From Trichoplax adhaerens (lineage: Eukaryota > Animalia > Placozoa): DNA of 64,000 nt. The position numbers were made by a program, and so were the translations under genes. This document shows, piece by piece, positions 38,772-58,300 of the stretch. The stretch lies in assembly GCF_000150275.1 (NCBI RefSeq), contig NW_002060948.1, positions 891,983-955,982 on the forward strand, written 5' to 3'. Numbering within the stretch: the stretch's first letter is position 1; the number at the start of each line of letters is the position of its first letter. The notes beneath the pieces are model-generated. The model was not told the origin of the DNA. It saw nothing but the letters and a program-made list of their open reading frames with translations, and did not search any database.

Positions 38772-38950
38772 GTACACACTACAGCAGTACTGTACGTTTT
38801 GGTAGGATCCATCAGGCTGTCGAAGTGTAGAATACCTGTAGAGTTTATTGGTTAGTGGTTTTTTTTTTTTTTATCAAAATTTCAATCCAAGGTACAAATA
38901 GCGACATGATCATGTCGCCAATAATGCAGCATACTGAAAAGCGGCCACAA

Positions 38951-39504
38951 CGAGCAAGAGAGAGAGAGAAAGCGATTGTCCTTCTTTCATCTTCTTGTCG
39001 CCAGTGTAGACTGCACACTACTGCATAATACACTCCATTAGACCTTAGCCTATAAAATGATATCGTTGGCAGCCTGCAAAAAAAGAAGAAATGCAAAGGG
39101 TAGAAGAAAATATTGCAAGTTGTTTCCCTGTCGGCCATAGGGTAGAAATGACGACTTGAATGGTACCGCCGTACACCGTGCTCCCATAGTGACATACTAT
39201 GGGAAGACCAAGGTAAAATTATCCATCGAGCAAGAGAGAGAGAGAGAAAGCGATTGTTCTTCTTTCATCTTCTTGTTACCAGTGTAGACTGCACACTACT
39301 GCATAATACACTCCATTAGACCTTAGCCTATAAAATGATATCGTTGGCAGCCTGCAAAAAAAGAAGAAATGCAAAGGGTAGAAGAAAATATTGCAAGTTG
39401 TTTCCCTGTCGGCCATAGGGTAGAAATGACGACTTGAATGGTACCGCCGTACACCGTGCTCCCACAGTGACACCCTATGGGAAGACCAAGGTAAAACTAT
39501 CCAT
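38951..39504 (+). repeat. Near-identical tandem duplication (276 + 278 bp)
   Basis: 38951-39226 and 39227-39504 differ by one AG microsatellite unit and about 7 substitutions. This explains the twin ORFs 38845-39195 and 39276-39473. Confidence 0.95.
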
Positions 39505-40005
39505 CTCTATCCTGGTGGGATAGGCCATACTGTAAGCAGGAGCACGCCCTACTGTATCATACAGTCTACCTTGTTGAACGTAAACTGACCCACCTGACCG
39601 GGGGGGGGGGGTTGAGAAAAAAGGGTCCACTCAAGCGTATGGTACTAGACCACAGTATGGCTTGAAAAATACTTTCTTGGTACCGGTCCAGTACCTGTAA
39701 GTGACGTGATAGTACCAACGCTACTGCAGTCTCTTGTCCATTACCATAGGATTGGCTATAGTATTCTGTATAGACACTTTAAAGCAATGGTGATAGTCAG
39801 CGAGGATCGTTTTCTCCACTGCAGGAAAATCCACATTTACGACATCAATCAAGCAAGGTGAGAAATTTCAAGACTACAGCATTATCTTGCAACTACTGTA
39901 CGTACCATTAACACACATAAAGTAATCTACAAGAGAGACGACGAATAGCTCTCCCAATTTAAAAGCTTGTACAACAGTCGTCGTTAGAGCGGCATCGAGG
40001 CTGAG

Positions 40006-40592
40006 NNNNNNNNNNNNNNNNNNNNNNNNNNNNNNNNNNNNNNNNNNNNNNNNNNNNNNNNNNNNNNNNNNNNNNNNNNNNNNNNNNNNNNNNNNNNNNN
40101 NNNNNNNNNNNNNNNNNNNNNNNNNNNNNNNNNNNNNNNNNNNNNNNNNNNNNNNNNNNNNNNNNNNNNNNNNNNNNNNNNNNNNNNNNNNNNNNNNNNN
40201 NNNNNNNNNNNNNNNNNNNNNNNNNNNNNNNNNNNNNNNNNNNNNNNNNNNNNNNNNNNNNNNNNNNNNNNNNNNNNNNNNNNNNNNNNNNNNNNNNNNN
40301 NNNNNNNNNNNNNNNNNNNNNNNNNNNNNNNNNNNNNNNNNNNNNNNNNNNNNNNNNNNNNNNNNNNNNNNNNNNNNNNNNNNNNNNNNNNNNNNNNNNN
40401 NNNNNNNNNNNNNNNNNNNNNNNNNNNNNNNNNNNNNNNNNNNNNNNNNNNNNNNNNNNNNNNNNNNNNNNNNNNNNNNNNNNNNNNNNNNNNNNNNNNN
40501 NNNNNNNNNNNNNNNNNNNNNNNNNNNNNNNNNNNNNNNNNNNNNNNNNNNNNNNNNNNNNNNNNNNNNNNNNNNNNNNNNNNNNNNNNNNN
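40006..40592. other. Assembly gap (587 N)
   Basis: Run of N. Confidence 1.
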
Positions 40593-41516
40593 AATTAGTG
40601 GGCAAGAAAACAACCATTAATCCATCCATCAACATTTAGTGGAGAAGGAAAAATTATTCAAATTTATTGGCAGTTTATCCTTTCTACTACCTTGGATTTA
40701 AACTCCTTTTACTATTGCATTACTATCATTACAACTCCATGACTGGATGGTACTAGTCGGCTCTTTTCACCACAACGACAGTGAAAATTAGCCATCATAG
40801 AACGTGTCCGCTTGGGACGTACGGCGACACTTTCAGCCATCCAACCGACCAACTCGTTCCAGGTATTTGAGGCCAACACCATTCCTTCTATTACCATCCA
40901 ATCTCTTGCTCTTGATCCATTCTAATTGGACATTGATCATTCCCTTCTTTATCCAGAAAAATTATCGATATTATTATTATTTCTCTACACTCGTAGTGGA
41001 CGACCCTTGCAAGCCTCGACTCAACGTCAACATCCTTTCCATGTCATTGATTATATTTATCCTTGGGTAGCGCGCTGATTTCAAGTTGAAAAAAAATCCT
41101 TTCGCTATCTCTGACGTTAGCAACAGTATTGGTATCATTGCATTCTCACAGGCTAATAGTGTAGCCATAATACAACCCCTCCAATAAAAAGATAACTTTT
41201 CATTTTCCTTATTACACTGCTACTACCGCCAGTCAACCACTTTTAGGTAAAGTAGTAAGGGATTGCAAAGAACGAGCCCCCCCCTTCCCCCCCCCCAAAA
41301 AAAAAATTGTCCATCGTAGTCATCTTGTGGATAAAAGACGTAGCAAACAATATCGCCCAATTTCTTCTTTTTTCATATTATTAGCTCATGTAACAACTGT
41401 GTACTATTAGCTTCAATTGCCTTGTTTGTTGTACATAATCTGTGATTTCAATCAGCTATCACTACAGTAGAACCTTGCAAGAATTGACAAGAAAGAACAT
41501 TTAGAATACAAAACAG

Positions 41517-47776
<6,260 letters not shown>

Positions 47777-50027
47777 AATACTGACGTGATGTACGTGCGT
47801 ATTAAGAAACTAACTCTTACGATCGATCTGTCTTGATAAATATGAAATACAGCTATATAATTGCCATAATTCTCGTAGAAACACTTACGTAAAATAAATG
47901 TAAGTTGGATTATAAGGTAGATATTGCCCAAAATTGCGTCGGTATATCATTATTCATTCATTTATCGATTTATCGATTGATTCATTGACTAATTAATTCA
48001 ATGTTTTGTAATATTTACTCTATTATTTCTGAATTGCTATCGAACCATTTTATATATTTGTATTCAGTGTTACTTGTAAATTATCTACCTTTCCTTTAAA
48101 TGTATTATATGCATTATGCTAAACATGTCTTACCATATAAGTAATGGATATTTTAATCGTAAAAAAAATAGGTAGTGTTTAATTCTCTATGTATTACAAG
48201 CACTGCCTTGGCCAAAAAGGAATTGTAAAGTATCGTAACCAGTGTAAATGAGATGGTCAAGAAATAGTACAGTATAGACAGTAGTGATACAAGAACTTTG
48301 AGTTGAGTAATCAACCTATGGGCTTTAATAGTTAATTTTGGAGAGATGTTAATTGCTATTATCGATGCAGATGATAAAAGCTGCATTGTTATATTAGTAT
48401 AATCATTAACACAATAGATAAAATAATTGTCACAGTGCTGTAAAGAATATATATGATTTAATAACCTAAATTTTTATTGCAAAATGTTGATTTTGAAAGA
48501 TAGTAGGAAATTAATTGGATAGCTTTATTATGTATTGGAAATCATAACAAGCTTATTAGAGTTGGCATCATTTTTGAGACTCTGCTGTTATTATAACCTG
48601 CAGTACTTAATTATAATTTTAATGTAATATCACTAGCCTTTGATGCTAAAGCTATCATAAGTTTGCTCTTGTTGCTATCCAAACGCCAAAGGTTTAGTTC
48701 GTATGTATTGCATTTGATTAGCAAGTAGCTTTTCACGTATTTGGTGTTTTAATACTTTGACATAGTATGGACACACTAAATATTGAGTCTACGATATTAT
48801 AATGGCGTATTATTGGAATTTTTTTAGTTTCTAATAATGGTATGTTGTCGTAATATGATGCGTCAAGGTATATCATATTTAATAATGTGTACTAGAGTCA
48901 TCACTGCGATTTTTATTATTACTGTCAATTTATATCCATTTTTATCGCACTGCTTGTACTTTGCTGTACTTGAAATTTTTACTAAACTATGGTGAAATCT
49001 TTTAAGATAATGTGCTTTCAATTGAAAAAAACTTTTATATCACTCTCCAAACGTTATTCCAATACTAAATTGTCTTCACTTGGTCACATATTATACAACT
49101 CTACGATACTAATAACCTTTAATAGATTGTTCCTATTATTATAATGTATACTATGCAGTAAATAACTAACACTTTTGATATTGTATGATACGGTAAAAAT
49201 AGACTTAAAGAACTCTTACTGACACCTTATCGCTATTTATAGTTTTATTTCAGTATCATGATATTTACATTGCTGTAATTCTGTATTTTACTTTTCAAGC
49301 ACAGCATATTTTTTAAATGGTACTAAATAACGAAAGAATGTTTCCGAGATTTCAATATAAATCTAATAAGCAGTTTATTTAAATAAATGACGATGGTTAT
49401 AGGCTTACATTTTACGCTGGTTGATAGTCATTTTCGCTACTAGTTCATTGCATGAATCTGCATACTTTCGATTACTTTATGATTAGTCTATAAACATATA
49501 CACGCTATTATCGTATTTCGATGCAGATATTTCTGCGACGAAAAAATGCCCACCACTTTCTTTCCCCTGTAGGTTTAGTTAGTTAAACTCTTCTTAATAA
49601 TTAGCTATCGCATACTAAGCTATAAGTAGATACAATATTTAACATTGCTGCCCTGGTCGATTTCGCCTTCGTTATAAACTACCAATTATTCTAAATTAGG
49701 AAACTTTGATCTGTTATATTGGATTGGATCGATCAGTCGGTCTTTCCGTCCAATGAGACCATCGCAACGTCGTACTATAGTCAGCACAATCAGCAATGGG
49801 CCAGTCTCCAACCGCCCTGGCATTAGCTCTGCAGAAATAAATCAAGATCAATGCTAGCAACCAACTTACAATTCAGTCATTTGATTCTAAGAATTTGTTT
49901 CAGCAAGGATAGAATAGCTTCGATCTTATGGCAAAGTCAATTAGTTGAGCTTTAGCTTATATGGAATGAAAACATTGGAAATCGATTATTACAATCGAGT
50001 GGTTGTCGTTGAATTAAAGGAAACGCA

Positions 50028-53000
50028 ATGTCGCAATATTTGGATATCCTGCTTATTTTATTACTATTATTCCACTGTCTTGATTCATACCGTAAAAGTG
50101 TTCAAGATGACATTAGGTTAGGATGAATTGTCCCCTTTTTATTAGCTGTAATAATCCAGATTAAATTAATATTAAACAGATTTATATAAAAGAATTGATT
50201 ACAACCTTGCAACATACAGTAAAGCTGCAACTATTATGTAATTATTGCAGGTTTGCATCGTAGTGTTAAGTAGTTTTGCCGTAGGATATATTGTTAGAGT
50301 ACAGTACATGTAGCACATGTACCTTACTTCTACTTTTAGTATAAATGCATCGATGAATAAGTAGTCTCACATAGTGAAAAGGAAGTTGTCAGTAGTAGTC
50401 TAGCTCAAAGATTAGTGCTAAGTAGAGCATATTACAATACTCAATTGCAGTTTGCAATGTACAACGAGAGTATCTGCAGTTATGTATCCATGCTACAGTA
50501 ATTAGTTACACCGCCATATCGTAGCATTGCGCAGTATGGATATGTATTAGAATAGATATATGGTAATTAGATCATGTTTAAATACTCAATTGTAATTTAC
50601 AATGTGCAGCAAGAGCATCCGCATCCATGGTAGAGTAGTCGCACTTTTACGTCGTGAAATTACGATGTGTGCAGGATATGTCATTAGAATATGTGCGGTT
50701 AGATCACTTTGAAACACTCAGATGTGATTTTACAATTTACAGCAAAAGCATCTGGATCTATGGTAAAATAATTGCGCTTCATACAATCATGTAGTACTGT
50801 GCTAGTATGGGATATGTAATTAAAGTATATGCAATGAACATACCCTGTTTTACGTTCCAGTATGAATAAGCTATCTCACTCAGTAACTAAGCGTGTACAA
50901 TAACTGAATTGTAGTCAATGCATTTGTATGACGATATTATACCTGCAAGATTTTACACTACACATAACCTAGGTACTTTATTATCAAACATACGATATTA
51001 AAGGCAACAATTTGCTTCAACAATTACCTAACTCATATTAATATCTTGATACAGTTGCGTAGATACTAAATCAAATGTCAATAACCGAATCTCTAATTAT
51101 AATATGCAGTAAACGCTTGTGTATCAATAATCATCAAATTCTGCCTTATTTTTACACATTTTAAATAGTATATTTTAACTAACGGTTTTATATCACAATT
51201 CATGACCTACATCTTATACGTATAACACTTAATAGGTGATAATTATAATTATAGTGCAGTAACACTTTATACCTACGAGTATCTAAATTTACATGTACAT
51301 CTATTTCTCTTGCCGTTATTACCACATGAAATATACTGTAGAAATATATCAAGTTATTTTAGCAGGATTCCATCCAGGCTAATATGGTTGTTTACTTCCG
51401 AATTCCATTTTTCTTTAGGCATAGTTGTCACTATGATTTCAAAGTCTTATGGTCCTATCGACTTGGTCATTCGCCCGTGGTATCTCCACCAGTTATTTTT
51501 GACATTGATGCAAATGGTATAAAAGATGTCATTGCTACATCTTACGCAGATCAGTTTACAATTCTACAAGGCAACAGTGGTAAGCATCTAGAAGGCGTCT
51601 GGCCACTACACATGAAAGAGGTCACGATGTATTCCAGTCCGTTATTGGTAAGTATTTAAGAAGAAGTATTATTGTGATTTATCACCATCCAGGTTAAAGA
51701 TACTTGATTATAATTATTTGATACATATTTTACGATAATCCTTTGTACTTCAAATAATATCGTTTTTGCTAGATAAAATTTTATAATTAACAAGAAAGGG
51801 AATTTTCTGTATTGTCAATGACTCTAAAAAGAAACTTTGTTACACTTTAGTATGACATTGACCATGATTTAGAGATGGATTCTTTATTGTCCACCTATGA
51901 TGGAGAGATTATTTTCTTTCGAAATAACGGTACCAAATTAAAGAATAAGAAAATTAAGGTTAGAAAATAATAGTATTCGGAAATAGCAAACCATTTTTAT
52001 CCTTAAATTAATCGCATAGGTTGACGTAAGCAATACATAATTATCATATTTCACCGAAATATTATTTTAATTAGATTCCAAAGCATAAAATCAGCTATCG
52101 TAAACAACAATCAAATACCGAAGATAACATTACAATAAACACAAATCAAGAGAAGTCATCAAAAGAGAAGTTTCTCAAGGTTGATCCTCATATTTTAGCG
52201 ACACCAGCGATTGCCGATATTAATGGAGATGGCGTAGAAGAGGAAATAGTTATTATAGTAAATTGGTATTTCGATAATGGGAATGTTAAGTAAGCATACT
52301 GTACTGAACTACGTTAAAATGTTGATACAATATTCTAAAGAATGTATAGGTTCTTAACATACATTATGCCTTTCTCGTTAAATTTCATTAGATGAATTCT
52401 TCATGAAGTAGATATTAAGATTTTGTATCATCAAAAATCGAATACGCAGTATAAACGATGTTGTGCAATTTTAAACTATTTCAGTAATTACTTGTACTGT
52501 CTATCGATTAGGCATCATTTGAATTCTCGCTCAAATATTACTAGCGGAGATGTCAGAGATGGCATACATTGTGGTGCTGTTGTCTTTAATCTTACCAACG
52601 GTAAACTAATTAAGAAAATCGTACTAGAATCGTCAAAGGTAAATTTTCTGCTGTAACACTAAATTGTTATTAGTTCATATACGTATTATCATTAAATACC
52701 ATCAACGTTGCGCTCTATTTATTTCTAGATGACATCGTTATATAAGCCTTATGCTGTAGCTACACCCACACTCTTAAATTTGCAACCGCAGACTAAATCA
52801 GATTTGGATATCTTAGTTGGTACACTTTCTGGAAACCTTTATATTGTTAACCTGCACTCTAAAGATTATCCAGAACCAGTGACAATTGTTGATAATATCC
52901 AAGGACAAGTAATATATTATTGTTTCGTCACGTAGATATTCAATTTATCAATTGAAATCGCTCTATTTCACAGATAACTGTTGCAGATCTAACTGACAAT

Positions 53001-54777
53001 GAAGGACTGGAGATCATAGTAACTGATTCTAGCGCTAACGTAAATTGTTTATCATCTAAAGGCGAAGTGGTAATTTTGCAATGTTACTTAAATTCATTAG
53101 AACCTCCGATGTATTAAACGACGTTGCTTATCCTTAATGATAAAATTATAATATGCATACTTTATGACGTATAAATAGATATGGGATTCAATGATATCTG
53201 GCACTTTCATTGCCGGAAGTCGAACAGCCGATGTCAACAATGATGCAAACCTAGATGTGATTACTGCCAGTAACGATGGGTAAGCAATAGTCGTAATTGA
53301 CCAAAAGTTTATTAAATATTTTAGTCTCGCTAAAATTTGGTTTATATTAATTAGGTACGTATGGGCCTTAGATGGCAAATCAGGCAAAACACTTAAACAT
53401 TGGCCAATCAATCTTCATCATCGATTACACTCTGTAGTCTTAATGACATATTTTCGAAATAATTCATTACATTTGGTACATTTTCTTTATACTACAAAAA
53501 TTGCAATAGTGTTTATATACAGTTATAAATCTTATTTATCCATCTACAGTATTATTATGCTACAAGATATGATAAACTTATCTCATCTAATATGTAATTC
53601 TCGACGCAGGTAATATCGTCTATCGATGGCTACTTATTTATTATTGACTTAAAATCCCGTTGCCTAGAAGTATTACGTTTTGGCACTCATGCCGTTGGAG
53701 CAACTGTACAAATTTTAGCAGATGATATAGTTCCTGAAGTGCCTGGGCTAGAACTTATTCTAGCAACTCTAGATGGTAATATTATATGTTTAGGAGAAAA
53801 AGAAAATGGTCATAAACTTCAAACGTACGTTGAAATTTTAAAAGTGGTTGTGAATATCGATGTACATGTATTCCATCATTAAGTACTTTTCGTATCTTTA
53901 GCAACAAGTATCAATATTATAGGAATTAGGCTGTTCAAAATATCGATTTTTATTTATTTGATTTCAGACCTTCAAATGATCTAAATTCTTGGCCATCTGA
54001 AACCCTGTCGTATAATGGTTTTACCCCAAGGATGCAGAATGTACATATCATACCGTAGCTTCTGCCATAGTTGATATTATCATATGCTAATCATCAAATC
54101 TTAGTCATCCGCTGACAATTTTTTTGAATTTATTGCTATACTTATTATATAGATCGGCGTAATTATTAAAGAATGTCCTCATGAAGTGAACCAAATGCAA
54201 TTTGCTATAAAATTTGAAATTTACGATAATTCCATGTCAAGACGTATGTCAAATAATAATCCCCCGTATCATGTGAAGGTAAGTTTCGCTGTTGTACCGT
54301 TCAATGTAATCATAATCATTTTAGGATTTAGCAACACTGGTCTGCAATTATTAAGCACTTTTAATATTGAATATAGATTTACATTGGTAGCAACCATGTC
54401 CTTCTTAACACAAGCTATCAGAATGCTGGACTTTTTGAAGAAAATTTAAACAGCTTAACTTATCCCAAGAGAACGCTTCTGACTATCCGATTGACCAATT
54501 ACCATTCCGAAACCATAACAGACTCTATTGCAATCAGGTTAAAACCTTAATTATAACTACTATATAAGCTCTTAATAGACAAACATTAACTAATATAAAT
54601 TAAAAATCATTTTAAAAATATTTTAACAACACACACTCATGCACGTACAGTTTTCACACAACTCTGGCACTCGAACTGCAAATCTGGCTTTTTGGGACAT
54701 TTACAAGTTTAATGCTAATTCTATTAGCAACACGAGGATTTTCTGATCGGCTAATATTACCGACTTCAAGAGAATAA
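50028..54777 (+). CDS. DEX1-like (plant DEFECTIVE IN EXINE FORMATION 1) FG-GAP/VCBS-repeat type I membrane protein
   Basis: Signal peptide MSQYLDILLILLLLFHCLDS; SPPVIFDIDANGIKDV, WPLHMKEVTMYSSPLLYDIDHD, VDPHILATPAIADINGDGVEEEIVIIVNWYFD, ADVNNDANLDV…GYVWALDGKSGKTLKHWP; C-terminal DSIAISFH, then a TM segment, then LILPTSRE*. Colinear with the Arabidopsis DEX1 sequence as I recall it. Confidence 0.85.
50200..50830 (+). repeat. Degenerate about 135-bp tandem repeat (3-4 units) in intron 1 of the DEX1-like gene
   Basis: Recurrent ggatatg(t/tc)a(t)tagaata-like motif at about 50284, 50538, 50674 and 50810; aatactcaattg at 50437 and 50581, and aacactcagatg at 50713. Confidence 0.7.
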
Positions 54778-55365
54778 CAGCACAATTATCATCATATCAT
54801 GATCAGGAGAATCGTATGGATTACTGTTGAATAAGCAATGTGTATCACATTCTATTCAAGAGTTGAAGTTATTATCATTGAAGCTCATGACGTCTTAATA
54901 TATGAAATTATATATATATATACAATGATATGTTCTTATTTATAAATGCGTATTACCGATATATCTGTATTCTAGTTACGTTTTGTAATGCTCTGTCTTA
55001 TCTCGGCAGATAAGTAAACATACTGTACATATATGATTATAATCTACCTCCTGGTACACTGTGTGTAAATATATAAATTTACAATATCTAAGCGAGGGCA
55101 TATGATTTCTAGTATATTCAAATACTTTTTGCACTTAATTTACATCTTTACTGGATCTGTATAGATCGTATCACATTTTTTATCTCAATGAAATTATGAT
55201 ACAATAGCGTTTGGCCGTAGAATGAATGAATGAATTAATTCCTTACGTGACCTGTACAACAAGGTAAAAACTAATGGTATATCACTAATTATTAAAAATA
55301 AAATATCAAAACATCTAGATCTGAGGCAATTTAACGCTGATACAACTTAAATAATCATGGCAAAT

Positions 55366-58300
55366 TTAATTCGATTTCTTATAAATATAAGATTGCAAAT
55401 TTAGCTTCGTTTGAACAACTTTTTTCCCCGAAGCTTTATTAACATGATCCGGCCTTTTCAATCTCAAATTCATCCGTTTTTTCGAGGACACTCTTCGAAG
55501 TCCAGATACTCGACATTTGTTATTTGCATATGTTGCGAGAGTAGATAAGGCAGAAGCATTTTCTGTAGTCTTAACCTAAATTGATTTATGATTAATCTCC
55601 ATCAGAAAAGAACTTGCATACCCAAAGGAATACTGTACGATATCATGATATCAAGCTGATAACAAACTCAATAAATTTCGTCCATACCTGACGAACAGTA
55701 AAATCGGTGATTAAACGTTCAGTTGAAAATTTACCGTTGTCTTTATTTAAACTGCTATCTTTATTCCAGTGGAATGCTTTCAGAGAATCGGCAAAAGTAT
55801 CCAACTTTTCCGGTGAACTATTAATATCTACGACTTTAATAGTTGTTATTTCAGTCATGGCTGTGTTAGATAGAGTCTCATAGGTCTCTTTGTCATCTAG
55901 TGATTTATCACACTTTAAAGTTTCAAGCTTATCGCACACCATTACAGGTGTCTCGTCAAGGTTACTTTTCTGCTGGTCTTTATCTTCATCACTTAAATCG
56001 GAGCCATCAATATCTGCAATACCGCTATCAACTGAGCCATTAACTTCATCTGATTTTTTAAAACTTTCCTCTACAATTGTTGTTTCAGCTACATTAACAT
56101 TTGACGATGTAGACGTTTTGCTATTGTCTAAAGCAATTTGTCGCTTCTGGCGAAATGTATACAGAATGTGAGTCTGTTCCTTGTGCCCTTTAGTTACATC
56201 ATCTGAACTTGAATTTCTTTTAAAATACCTGATAATTTTTTAAACACACTATCAGAGTAATGAACAACAGATCATGTACAAGCTTTATAATCTTACTTGC
56301 TCCCGTGCCAGCTGGATGGTTCACTATGTATCGGTTGTAGAACCTTCTCCTTCGAAATATTTTCATTGGCAAAGCTATCTGTTAGTGCTCTTCGAACTTT
56401 AGGAGGGCTAGCATCTTCCATAGTTTCATCATCAGTTTCAGGGATATTCTCTTTATTTTCAACTGCAATAAGGGAGATTATGTGAGGGGTTATAATATAT
56501 CCTAACGCAAAGAATAAGCTAAAATAATTGAAAGATTTATTTTGCAATTAGATCAATCATGATACCTATGGGCAAACTTTTAGTTCTTGGTAACTGAAAT
56601 TGACTCTTCAATTTTGCTGGTGGACTCTGTAATTTCATATACTTACTTAAAACAGATTGAATAGGATAACTATGCCTTTTTTTCCGTTTAAAGTTGGTAT
56701 TGTTCTCATTAGCTTTAAAAATCTTTGGATCTATTGAAGCGTTACTTTCCTGCTGTATTTTTAAAATGTTAATATTTATGATTATTTAGTATCACTAATC
56801 CGATAGAACTTTAGATATCAAGGATTAAATAAAATTATCTACAGTATTTACATTATCATATTGGTATTCATATTCATTGAAAGTACATCTGCATATTACT
56901 GTTACCTTAAGCGGATCATAATCATTTAAGATCTCTCCAGTAATAGGATCTATATTCCCGTAAGCTATTGAAATAGCCTTTTCTTTCGTTAATAATCTTT
57001 AAATGAGTTAAGAAGAATGCATGTCGAGACGATTACCATTCATGTCATATATTAGATAACAGTATTTTTAATTTGAAGAGTGATTTGGTTAGTCAGTCCC
57101 AAGCTTAGGGATTCTTTCTTAATGAAGGATACTGTCCAGCATGTTCAAGAGTAGATGGTTCAATATCTTTCGGATAAGGTGTTAAAGGTATAGTCGTTTT
57201 CGTTACAGGATCAAAAACTACTTGATATAAAAACGTTTCATCCGCCATTTTGAACTGTGTTTCGTAATTCTTTGGGACTTTCATGGTATTTTGTCGTCTT
57301 ATATATTTAATAGCCTACGACAGTAAAACAATCGAGCCAACTTACATTAGTATGCATGTACTTAGTACATTGTACTATGGTTACGTAGCGCCTGGCAGAG
57401 GTGTATAGAAGGAAACACTCTACTTTATCAAAAAATATATTTATATAAAAATCGGATAATAGCGATACCAACTTACACTGTAAACCTTCATGCGATTTCT
57501 TTTCATGATCTTATAAGCCGTTTTTAATCCCATTCCAGGAATAGATGGGAGATAATCACACCCTGACAAAATGCATATGTGACGAAAAGCCTCATGGTCG
57601 ACTCCATTTAGATCGATGTCTTTCACTTCGCGTAAACGATCTAGCCTAATTTCAATACCTCTTCCATTTGGATCCAATTTAAATAATACCTATAATTTTT
57701 GGTAGCCAGAATCAGTTATAGTTAGACAAAGGCCTAGTCAAGCGGATAGTTATTTACTTTAGGGCCGGCAGACAAACACTAATGATTAGTTGACACAGTG
57801 AGAAATGTCTTCCATTGCGTTAAAAACTTTAAAAATTAAGATACCTTTTTACATCCGAATACCAATAAGTCTGAATCTTCCGTAATGACTGCATCAACCA
57901 AATCAGCTTTAGATAAGTAGGCCAATTGGGCATCAGCTTCATATGGGGCAACTATGCATTCAATATCTTTCTTTCTACATTCCTATCAATTGTTAAAAGG
58001 TACCATCCGGTAAATCAGAAAATAGTCTACGAGATATAGTATTATAATAATCAAATGGCAATACTAAATTTTGAATCAATTCCAATCTTGCCTTAATCAG
58101 TTCTAATGCCATTGCAGGAGTAATATCGACAGCACGACGAAAGCAATCTAATGCATCAATATACTTATCTTGACGTAAGTATTCTATTCCTTTAGATTTG
58201 TTGAACTGACGATTTCTAAAATATCAAAAATAAAGAAATAAAGAATAAATATACCACTGTTATAGAATATTGTAGGATATTATAAAATACTAACATACGC

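Noticed and set aside
38845-39473. Twin ORFs MSLWEHGVRRYHSS… as a duplicated gene
   Set aside because: They are a by-product of the 277-bp tandem duplication, run through A-tracts and AG microsatellites, show no recognisable domain, and the second copy has an early stop.
39874-40635. Long ORFs of 253 and 209 aa in the ORF track
   Set aside because: They consist almost entirely of X from the N gap.
47777-49700. Possible gene between MLK and the DEX1-like gene
   Set aside because: Very AT-rich with no coherent exon chain; most likely a long MLK 3' UTR or intergenic DNA.
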